A DNA stretch of 13,563 bases from Archangium sp. (GTDB lineage: Bacteria > Myxococcota > Myxococcia > Myxococcales > Myxococcaceae), in contig JALHMW010000051.1 in the NCBI GenBank assembly GCA_022843845.1, positions 1-13,563 of the forward strand, written 5' to 3'. The notes beneath the pieces are model-generated. The model had not been told where the DNA came from and did no database searches. It worked only from the letters and a program-made list of their open reading frames with translations. Within the stretch, counting starts at the first letter, position 1. Every line of letters starts with the position of its first letter. Below, in pieces: positions 1 through 5,560 of the stretch. Both the position numbers and the translations under genes were made by a program.

Positions 1-355
1 GCCGATTCGGAGCACGATCGGTCGATGAATATGTTGAGTCGTCGTCAGCGATCCCCGAGGGAGAACACCGCCCCGAAGCCGCTCGACTCCCCATACTCGC
101 CGCCTCCACATAAGGCTTCGACGAGGAGCCGCTCGGCCGACCGACGACCTCCACGTACTTCGCGCGCAGCTCTTCGACCGAGAGTTCCTTGAAGCGACCG
201 CGCGGCTTCGCTTCGGCCTTCTTTGCGAGCGCCTCGTCGATGCGACGAATGAGGAACTTCCGGTTGGGGCTCTTCGTCGCCTCGCCCACGACTTCCTTGA
301 AGCGCGCCTGGAGATCAGGGAGTCGCAGCGCGTCCAGCTTGTCCTTCGTTGCCAT
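1..355 (-). CDS. Partial ORF running off the left edge; DUF2924-like tandem-motif protein (tentative)
   Basis: Minus-strand frame is open from ATG 353-355 (GAGG 8 nt upstream) to nt 2. It is absent from the supplied track, probably because it has no in-window stop. Translation is MATKDKLDALRLPDLQARFKEVVGEATKSPNRKFLIRRIDEALAKKAEAKPRGRFKELSVEELRAKYVEVVGRP... It carries two copies of an L-x-x-L-x-x-x-[FY]-x-E-V-V-G motif, which I recall from DUF2924-type prophage proteins (unverified). Below about nt 120 the third-position G/C drops in this frame. A different frame has better G/C bias there and stops at TGA 45-47, so the 3' end is unresolved. Confidence 0.45.
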   Translation of the reverse strand, partial: MATKDKLDALRLPDLQARFKEVVGEATKSPNRKFLIRRIDEALAKKAEAKPRGRFKELSVEELRAKYVEVVGRPSGSSSKPYVEAASMGSRAASGRCSPSGIADDDSTYSSTDRAPNR

Positions 356-431
356 GTGCATCACCTCATCGGGCGCTGGGTACACGTCTCCCTCGGGCAC
401 GGGCCCGTTCGCAGCCGAGGGTGTTGGGGAA

Positions 432-602
432 TCACTTCGTGGAAGTCGTCACGGATGCGGCGCCGGCTCGGTACGCGGCCTCGAGCGCCTTCTTCACCTG
501 CCACACCGCGACGTCGTGGAAGTCGAGCGAGTCCATCTTGCGCGTCTCGAGCGTCTCGATGCTCAGCACCTTCTTCGCGATGTCGGCGAGGGTCTCGTTC
601 AT
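432..602 (-). CDS. Small hypothetical protein, 56 aa (not in supplied ORF track)
   Basis: Hand translation gives ATG 600-602 to TGA 432-434: MNETLADIAKKVLSIETLETRKMDSLDFHDVAVWQVKKALEAAYRAGAASVTTSTK. Nearly every codon ends in G/C, as in the confident genes. Its ATG overlaps the stop of the upstream 88-aa ORF (ATGA at 599-602), implying translational coupling. Confidence 0.55.
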   Translation of the reverse strand: MNETLADIAKKVLSIETLETRKMDSLDFHDVAVWQVKKALEAAYRAGAASVTTSTK

Positions 603-865
603 CGGTGCTTCCTCGCCAGGCGGAACGGCGTCTTTGAGCCGTACCGAAGCTGCTGCCCCTCAACGAGGAAGACGTCGGTGGGCGGGAGGTCGCTGCTCGA
701 CGCCTTCGCCTCGGCGTTGCCTTCCTCGTCGGGCTCGTCACACTCGGCGCGCGTCACCACGCCGGAGAGCTCAATCTCGAACGGCCAGTTGGGCTGCGAC
801 GCGATGAGGACCTGCGCGTTGGGCTCGAGTTCCTTCAAGACAGCAATCAATTCCTTCACCTTCAT
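599..865 (-). CDS. Small hypothetical protein, 88 aa
   Basis: This is the internal ATG (863-865) of the listed 599..1342 ORF, preceded by GGTGGAG about 9 nt upstream. Translation is MKVKELIAVLKELEPNAQVLIASQPNWPFEIELSGVVTRAECDEPDEEGN... with strong G/C third-position bias. The upstream part of the long ORF is Arg-rich and overlaps the zinc-ribbon gene in another frame. Confidence 0.6.
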   Translation of the reverse strand: MKVKELIAVLKELEPNAQVLIASQPNWPFEIELSGVVTRAECDEPDEEGNAEAKASSSDLPPTDVFLVEGQQLRYGSKTPFRLARKHR

Positions 866-874
866 GTTTCGGCT

Positions 875-886
875 CCACCCGGGTGG
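875..886. repeat. Perfect 12-bp palindrome CCACCCGGGTGG overlapping the RBS of the 88-aa ORF
   Basis: Read directly: nt 875-886 equals its own reverse complement. On the minus strand its last two bases form part of the GGAG Shine-Dalgarno of the ATG at 865. It lies in a 113-nt gap that also contains an unusually A/T-rich run (tctttttaaaca). Confidence 0.8.
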
Positions 887-978
887 TGACCTTCTGGGCG
901 CCCGGCTCGCAAAGCCATACATCCTTCTTTTTAAACACAGCTCAAGTCGAAGAAGCGATGGCAACGTCGAATGATGCG

Positions 979-1383
979 TCAGTCGGCCGGGTCGAGCTTT
1001 TCGAAGGGCTGAGCGAGGAGCTTCAGCCCATCGGGGAAGAACTCCTTCACGACGAGTGGGTCGGCGTCGGCCAGCGCCGGTGCTGCGAGTCGGGCATCGA
1101 AGCGCCCCTGCTTCACGAGCGAGGCGTGGAGTTGGTCGACGAGCAGCCGATGGAGGTCTCCGTAGCTCTTCGGCGCTGAAGTAGGAGCGGCCGCCGAGCG
1201 AATGAGGAACTCCTCTGCCTTGCACTTGGGACACGGCGGCAGGCGCACGACGCGGCCATCGAGGTCGTCGGCGACGATGCTCCCCACGCCAAGCGAGAGC
1301 GTCGCCAGCTTCGAGCGCGTCGCCGTCTGGCACATCGAGCACCGCTGGAGCACTTCTTCGCTGCTGAGCTCTTCGATGGGCAT
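979..1383 (-). CDS. Hypothetical CxxC...CxxC zinc-ribbon protein, 134 aa, coupled to the fibre gene
   Basis: ORF track 979..1383. Two Cys pairs (CSMCQ ... CPKCK) about 35 residues apart suggest a zinc ribbon. The ATG lies 7 nt after the fibre stop, with GAGG inside the fibre 3' end. It occupies the position that fibre-assembly chaperones hold in P2-like operons (positional inference only). Confidence 0.65.
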   Translation of the reverse strand: MPIEELSSEEVLQRCSMCQTATRSKLATLSLGVGSIVADDLDGRVVRLPPCPKCKAEEFLIRSAAAPTSAPKSYGDLHRLLVDQLHASLVKQGRFDARLAAPALADADPLVVKEFFPDGLKLLAQPFEKLDPAD

Positions 1384-1390
1384 GCGGACC

Positions 1391-3286
1391 TCACGCGATG
1401 GCGGTGTAGTCGCCGTACCAGTACGACCAGTTGCTGCTGCCGACGTTGGCGTTGATGGTGAATGCGAAGCCGTCGCGGGTGACGTTCTGGACGACGGTGT
1501 TGGGCACTCCCCCGCTCGCGTCGCGCACGGCGAGGGTGATGGAGGACGGCGCCGCAGGAAACCGGCTGCGGAAGTTCACGACGTTGCCGAGCATCATGAA
1601 CTGCGAGGCGCCGGTGGGGTTGTACATCTTCGCGCCGCAGTAGCCGGTCTCCCGAACGGTGCCGCTGAGCTCGAAGGCAGAGTTCACCACGTTGCTGTCG
1701 ATGGGCAGTCTCCAGGTGCGCGTCCACAGCGAGAACTGCGTCGCGGGCGTTCCTTCGTGGACGAGCTCAAAGGTGTTTCGGCTCAGCCTCAGAGCGGCCG
1801 CGTTGCCTGTCGCCTGCTTCACCCACATGGTGCCGTTCCAGCTCGCATTCATGGTGAGCCAAAGCGAGTCACCGTCGAGGTAGACGCGGAAGCGCGCGAC
1901 GCCAGCGCCGGTGCCCTGCGCGTCCCAGAGGAGCGCCTTCGTGCTCCCGCTGAATGGCGGCTGGCGAATGGTGCGGTGCATGCCGGCGGGAACGGCTTCG
2001 TTGGCGCGGAAGTGGTCGGCCCCGGCGATGGCCATCAGCTCGGCGAGCGCCTCCTCGGTGTTCCCTGCGTTGAGACGATTCGCCGCGTCCAGCACGGTGA
2101 TGGTGCTGGCCGGGTGTGCTGCGAAGAGCTCGTTGAGGTGCGAGTTGTGGGCGGTGAGCAGGTCGAAGAGCTGACCGGCCACAGTCTTCGCGGCGAGTGC
2201 GACGGGCGCACCGACGAAGGGCATCGAGCCAACACGAGTGGCTCCGGCCGCAGCGACGGTCTGGTCGGCGAGCGCTATCACCAGGCTCTGGAGCTGCGCC
2301 TGAACGCTCGTTGTCGTGATGTAGCTGTGCGGCGTGGCAGAGATGGCGCTGGCCGCGTGCGCATCTGAGACGGCGGCCACGTGGCTGTTGAGCAGCCCGA
2401 GCAACGCTCCGAGCTGGGTGGCGACCGTGCCTGGCGCGAGCGGGTTCGGATTGCCTGGGACTCCTCCGGCACCGACTGCCGCAGAGCCACCCGCTCCGGC
2501 GAGATCGTCGACCAGCTCGTCGATGGCGCCTTGCACCGTGTTCGCCGCCACCATTCCGTGGGGCGCGTAGTCGACCTTGGTCGCGGCGTGCCGGTGTGCC
2601 GTGCCGTCGAAGTGGTCGGTCAGCACGGCATCGATGGCGTCGAGCGCTGCCTGCACGGTGGGGTTGCCCGGCGTCAGAGAGTTCCAGCCCACCGTGGTGA
2701 TGCCGACCGAGCTGCCTTGCACGAAGACGAACGCCTGCCGTCGCGAGGTGTCGATGTCGGTGGTGACGATCTGCGTCTGCCCAGGCCGACGGCGCACGTC
2801 ACACAGGAGCAGCTCATCAGGCTGCAGCGCCATCTTCGGCGCGGCTCCAGCGGCTCCCTCCGCCGCCTGACGCACCACGAGCTCGAAGGACTCATCTCGG
2901 CGGAAGAAGACCTGCTGCGAGTTGCCGTCCGTGCGCGGGTCGGAGAGCAGTCGCTTGAAGCGGAGGAACACTCCAAGCCAACGCTCGTTGCCGGCGGTCG
3001 AGACATCGGTGGGAATACCCGAGAGGTCGTTCGAGCAGTCGACCGTCTGGCCGGTGCCGAAGAACAGCCGCTGACCCAGGTTGTCGTACGCGCGCGCGGG
3101 CGCGGTGAAGTCGACAGAGAGGTCCGGCACTGGCGAGTGCGGAGAAGGCACGCCACCCGAGACGACGCCGTAGATGCGCAAGTCGGCCGCGAGGTTGTGG
3201 AGCGCCTTCTCGAGAAGGCTGAAGCCGAGGTCGAGCTCGGCCTCAGTGACGCGCTGCCGGAAGTAGTAGTCGAGCCTGTCGGCCAT
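1391..3286 (-). CDS. Tail fibre / receptor-binding protein, 631 aa
   Basis: ORF track 1391..3370, trimmed to ATG 3284-3286 (MADRLDYYFRQRVTEAELD...) because the first 28 codons overlap the tRNA-like gene. It is large, lies last in the baseplate gene order, and has about six copies of a fibre-type repeat plus a beta-rich C-terminus. Confidence 0.8.
   Translation of the reverse strand: MADRLDYYFRQRVTEAELDLGFSLLEKALHNLAADLRIYGVVSGGVPSPHSPVPDLSVDFTAPARAYDNLGQRLFFGTGQTVDCSNDLSGIPTDVSTAGNERWLGVFLRFKRLLSDPRTDGNSQQVFFRRDESFELVVRQAAEGAAGAAPKMALQPDELLLCDVRRRPGQTQIVTTDIDTSRRQAFVFVQGSSVGITTVGWNSLTPGNPTVQAALDAIDAVLTDHFDGTAHRHAATKVDYAPHGMVAANTVQGAIDELVDDLAGAGGSAAVGAGGVPGNPNPLAPGTVATQLGALLGLLNSHVAAVSDAHAASAISATPHSYITTTSVQAQLQSLVIALADQTVAAAGATRVGSMPFVGAPVALAAKTVAGQLFDLLTAHNSHLNELFAAHPASTITVLDAANRLNAGNTEEALAELMAIAGADHFRANEAVPAGMHRTIRQPPFSGSTKALLWDAQGTGAGVARFRVYLDGDSLWLTMNASWNGTMWVKQATGNAAALRLSRNTFELVHEGTPATQFSLWTRTWRLPIDSNVVNSAFELSGTVRETGYCGAKMYNPTGASQFMMLGNVVNFRSRFPAAPSSITLAVRDASGGVPNTVVQNVTRDGFAFTINANVGSSNWSYWYGDYTAIA
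2015..2707 (-). repeat. Protein-level tandem repeats inside the fibre (about six units of 30-45 aa)
   Basis: The units end in a shared pattern T-V-Q/A-x-A/Q-L-x-x-L. Examples: GNPTVQAALDAIDAVLTDHF; HRHAATKVDYAPHGMVAANTVQGAIDELVDDL; PGTVATQLGALLGLLNSH; AHAASAISATPHSYITTTSVQAQLQSLVIAL; VALAAKTVAGQLFDLLTAHNSH; HPASTITVLDAANRLNAGNTEEALAELMAI. I recall the H-x-A-x-x-I...V-Q-x-A-L-x-E-L unit from many phage fibres. Confidence 0.6.
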
Positions 3287-3343
3287 GCGCGTGGTTCCAA
3301 AGCGCCGAGCGCGGGCCGAAGGGGACTGGTGGAAGTCTGGGAG

Positions 3344-3419
3344 TGACCCCGGCGGGACTTGAACCCGCAACCTCCCGGGTCATTACTCCGGGCGCTCTGC
3401 CAATTGGAGCTACGGAGCC
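3344..3419 (-). tRNA. tRNA-like gene with a 9-nt anticodon loop; isotype undetermined, possibly non-canonical or a pseudogene
   Basis: The minus-strand 76 nt reads GGCTCCGTAGCTCCAATTGGCAGAGCGCCCGGAGTAATGACCCGGGAGGTTGCGGGTTCAAGTCCCGCCGGGGTCA. Acceptor stem is GGCTCCG/CGGGGTC (two G-U pairs), followed by U8. D stem is GCTC/GAGC with a 9-nt loop containing GG. Anticodon stem is CCCGG/CCGGG. Variable region is AGGTT. T stem is GCGGG/CCCGC with loop TTCAAGT. The discriminator is A and no CCA is encoded. The only consistent anticodon stem leaves the loop AGTAATGAC (9 nt rather than 7). Confidence 0.6.
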
Positions 3420-3432
3420 TTCAGCGACGACC

Positions 3433-3798
3433 TTACCCAGTCGTCGGCGCGGCGGGCTGGTCGACGACTTGTTCCTCGACGAGGAACGACTCCATCCAGC
3501 CATCGACTGAACGCACCAGCGCTTCCTGCGTGGCGATGTCGGTTGTCGCGTGCGCCTGCACGTACGCTCGCCCCGACACGCTTCGCACGCACCAGAGGTG
3601 ACCCGTGGTGTGGAGCTTCCCCTTGAGATGCCGGCGCAGGCAGTACAGCCGCGTGACCTCCGCCTTTGCGAGCAGCAGCGGCGCGTAGTCGAACGACTCT
3701 CCCGGCTCGCGGGGTTGACGACGCTGCTTCTTGAACTGCTTGAGTTCGGCTTCGAAGCGCACGAGCGCCTCGCGCCATCGAGTGAGGTCGAGCTTCAT
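3433..3798 (-). CDS. Hypothetical protein, 121 aa
   Basis: This is the internal ATG 3796-3798 of the listed 3433..3921 ORF, preceded by AGGAGAA 5 nt upstream. Translation is MKLDLTRWREALVRFEAELKQFKKQRRQPREPGESFDYAPLLLAKAEV... with good G/C third-position bias. The ATG overlaps the stop of the PTH2-like frame (ATGA 3795-3798). The TAA stop lies 13 nt before the tRNA-like 5' end. Confidence 0.65.
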   Translation of the reverse strand: MKLDLTRWREALVRFEAELKQFKKQRRQPREPGESFDYAPLLLAKAEVTRLYCLRRHLKGKLHTTGHLWCVRSVSGRAYVQAHATTDIATQEALVRSVDGWMESFLVEEQVVDQPAAPTTG

Positions 3799-4181
3799 CG
3801 TGGTTCTCCTGTGGTGTGGTTGAGGGACGGTCCGGCCAACCGCAGGCGTGAAAGCAACCTGCGGAGCTCGGGGGACCGCCGAAGCGGGCGGAGGCCAATG
3901 GCCATCAACGCGCCACTCCACGGCGGATCGGGTTCTCGAATGGCGATGAAGGAGACCGCAGCGCCGGCGAGGAGCACTTCGAGACGCAGCAACTCCGCTT
4001 CGGAGTCGGCGTGAAGCGCGATCGCGCGGGTCGCTGGCGGGAGACTGCCGGGGGAAGACTCCCCCGCGGCGTGGATCAGCTGTGCGAGCTGAACGCCAAG
4101 GGGAACGTCACTGCGAACAATACAGTAGTGGTGGAGCGGCGAATCAGCTGCAGCAATGTCGGCGGCAATGTTCTGCGCGGC
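3795..4181 (-). CDS. PTH2-like (peptidyl-tRNA hydrolase 2 fold) ORF; start codon unresolved, possibly frameshifted
   Basis: This minus-strand frame is open from nt 4181 to TGA 3795-3797. The track lists only its last 65 codons (from TTG 3992). Hand translation gives AAQNIAADIAAADSPLHHYCIVRSDVPLGVQLAQLIHAAGESSPGSLPPATRAIALHADSEAELLRLEVLLAGAAVSFIAIREPDPPWSGALMAIGLRPLRRSPELRRLLSRLRLAG... This matches my recollection of archaeal Pth2 (vIVVRsDl..gkGKiaAQvaHAA ... kvvlkv.se.EL..l...a...gl....I.DAG.T....g..T.LaIGP ... LKLL). Upstream of the IVRSD motif the frame has no ATG, GTG or TTG, only ATT at 4167-4169 and 4155-4157. ATG 4183-4185 is offset by one base. Confidence 0.5.
   Translation of the reverse strand, partial: AAQNIAADIAAADSPLHHYCIVRSDVPLGVQLAQLIHAAGESSPGSLPPATRAIALHADSEAELLRLEVLLAGAAVSFIAIREPDPPWSGALMAIGLRPLRRSPELRRLLSRLRLAGPSLNHTTGEPR
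4049..4066. repeat. G/C-rich 7-bp inverted repeat with a 4-nt spacer (CGGGGGA-AGAC-TCCCCCG) inside the PTH2-like ORF
   Basis: Read directly from the sequence. It would form a hairpin on either strand. It lies in the short linker (GESSPGS) that replaces the longer middle segment of canonical Pth2. Confidence 0.7.
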
Positions 4182-4246
4182 TCATGTTCGAAATCATAAC
4201 CAACACCACCGACGCCGCAAGGTGGGAGGACTGACTGAAAACAGCG

Positions 4247-5482
4247 CTACGCCGCGCGGACGTGCCGACCGGGCGGTCCCGACAGGTACTCGAGCCAGCG
4301 CCGCGCGGCGTCCTCGGTGAAACACGAGAGCGCTGCGAGCCCGTCGTCTGCTGCGTCGGGGCACGAGAGCAGCGCCCCTCCGATGCGCACGATGTCGTCG
4401 AGGCGGTCGGGGTCGGCCTTCCAGTAGTCGGGCGCCCACTCGATGCTGGGGCTCACCACCGAGGGGACTCCTTCTGCGACCGCGTCGGCCGTCGTGACGT
4501 TGAAGGTCTCGGTCATCGAGACCTGGAGGCAGAGGTCCATTCCGCTGACGGTTCGCCGGAAGCTGGCCCAGTCCTGCCACGGGTGCTCGACGAGCCGTGC
4601 CCAGCGGAGGCCGGTGAACATCTTCCGGAGCGCGTCGAGCACCGCGCCTCCGCCCATCGTGTCGTTCTCGACCGACACCGAGAACTCGAGGTCGCAGTCA
4701 CGCTTGCGAGCGAGCATGAGCGCCGCGGCGGCCGCCGTCGTGTGGTTCTTGAGGAGCCGGAGCGCGCCGAAGCTGCCCACGCGGAGGAGTCGGTGCGCGT
4801 GCTCACGCCCTCGGCGCCGGTGCACCCGCTCGAGGTCGTAGAGGTTCGGGAGGTGGAGCGTGTGGCCGCCGTACGCGGTCTCGAAGAAGTGCTTCAGCTC
4901 GAGGCCGTTCGCCGCGACGGTGAGGTTGAGGAAGTTCTCCTGCAGGACCAGCAGTTCGCGGAGCAGCTGAATCGCCGACGGCTCGACCTGGAGGAAGGCG
5001 ATCTGCGAGTGGCTCCGCACGAGGAAGTGCACGTGAGGGAACGCGTGCAGCAGTTCGATCATCGGCGCACGGCTGACCCACGGCGCCTCGAGCACGCAGT
5101 GAGTCACGGTCGGTCGCGCGGCGAGCGCCTTGTGCACGTCCGGTGGTTCAGCTGCGGGAGTCGCGTCCACCTCGATTCCCGCGCGACGCAGCACACGAAC
5201 CGAGTGGAGCGCGTTGACGCCAAGGCCGATTGCGCTGCCAAACGTCGTCGCCCGCGAGAGGTTCCGGTAGATCAACAGCAGATTCGTTTCCGTAGCCACG
5301 CGCTCTTCAGAGCCCAAGTGGAGGGGAGAGGGGGACGCGGCCAGAATGAACTCCGAAAGGAGACCACGCGATTCGAAAGTGCGTCGAGGCAGGTTCGACT
5401 GCTGCACGTTCGAGGTGGCGTTGACCGAGTGGGAACGAGCGGTCTTTACGACATCAGGACGAAGACGTAGGGCCCACCACAA
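4247..5482 (-). CDS. GT-B fold glycosyltransferase-like protein (GT1/GT4-like); start uncertain
   Basis: ORF track 4247..5482 starts at TTG. An in-frame GTG at 5297-5299 (VATETNLLLIYRN...) would give a more typical Rossmann-like N-terminus. The C-terminal half reads LRVGSFGALRLLKNH...GMDLCLQVSMTETFNVTTADAVAEGVPSVVSPSIEW, which resembles the GT4 signature (PS..E.fg...lEAma.G.PVv.s). Confidence 0.55.
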   Translation of the reverse strand: MWWALRLRPDVVKTARSHSVNATSNVQQSNLPRRTFESRGLLSEFILAASPSPLHLGSEERVATETNLLLIYRNLSRATTFGSAIGLGVNALHSVRVLRRAGIEVDATPAAEPPDVHKALAARPTVTHCVLEAPWVSRAPMIELLHAFPHVHFLVRSHSQIAFLQVEPSAIQLLRELLVLQENFLNLTVAANGLELKHFFETAYGGHTLHLPNLYDLERVHRRRGREHAHRLLRVGSFGALRLLKNHTTAAAAALMLARKRDCDLEFSVSVENDTMGGGAVLDALRKMFTGLRWARLVEHPWQDWASFRRTVSGMDLCLQVSMTETFNVTTADAVAEGVPSVVSPSIEWAPDYWKADPDRLDDIVRIGGALLSCPDAADDGLAALSCFTEDAARRWLEYLSGPPGRHVRAA

Positions 5483-5560
5483 ACTCCTCTATTTGTTGAC
5501 CCAATGCTGAACTCAACGAGAACTATAGCAGCGTAACTTGGCGCTATCCTCAGAGGCATC

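Noticed and set aside
16-27. A short match (cgatcggt) shared between the extreme left (16-27) and right (13524-13535) ends, considered as possible att-type direct repeats.
   Set aside because: An 8-nt match is expected many times by chance in 13.5 kb. There is no extended identity.
189-974. 261-aa plus-strand ORF spanning the left region.
   Set aside because: It runs antisense across three separate minus-strand ORFs that have RBSs, ATGA coupling and strong G/C third-position bias. Its translation is Ser/Arg-rich and featureless.
599-1342. The full 247-aa minus-strand ORF.
   Set aside because: Only the last 88 codons look coding. The upstream part overlaps the zinc-ribbon gene out of frame and is Arg/Pro-rich.
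1391-3286. A diversity-generating retroelement or invertible-segment (shufflon) system acting on the fibre C-terminus.
   Set aside because: No reverse transcriptase or invertase gene, template/variable DNA repeat pair, or inverted alternative fibre exon is seen in the window.
3287-3370. The N-terminal 28 codons of the listed 659-aa fibre ORF.
   Set aside because: This extension overlaps the T arm and acceptor stem of the tRNA-like gene. The conserved-looking fibre N-terminus begins at ATG 3286 (MADRLDYYF...).
3344-3419. The tRNA-like gene as an integration (att) site, with a duplicated 3' half elsewhere in the window.
   Set aside because: Scanning by eye for GGTTCAAGTCC or its complement found no second copy. 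No integrase is visible, and baseplate and fibre genes lie on both sides. This cannot be excluded without the flanks.
3799-3921. The N-terminal 41 codons of the listed 162-aa ORF 3433..3921.
   Set aside because: This region is Pro/Arg-rich and overlaps the PTH2-like frame. The internal ATG 3798 has a near-perfect AGGAGAA RBS and an ATGA junction with the upstream frame.
4206-4225. Possible terminator after the GT-like gene: CCACC-N10-GGTGG followed on the minus strand by a U-rich stretch.
   Set aside because: It has only a 5-bp stem with a 10-nt loop, which is too weak to call.
5496-5529. Sigma-70-like TTGACC and TATAGC hexamers in the divergent 5483-5560 intergenic region.
   Set aside because: The spacing is 22 nt, well outside the 16-18 nt window. 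I make no confident promoter call, although promoters probably lie in this A/T-richer gap.
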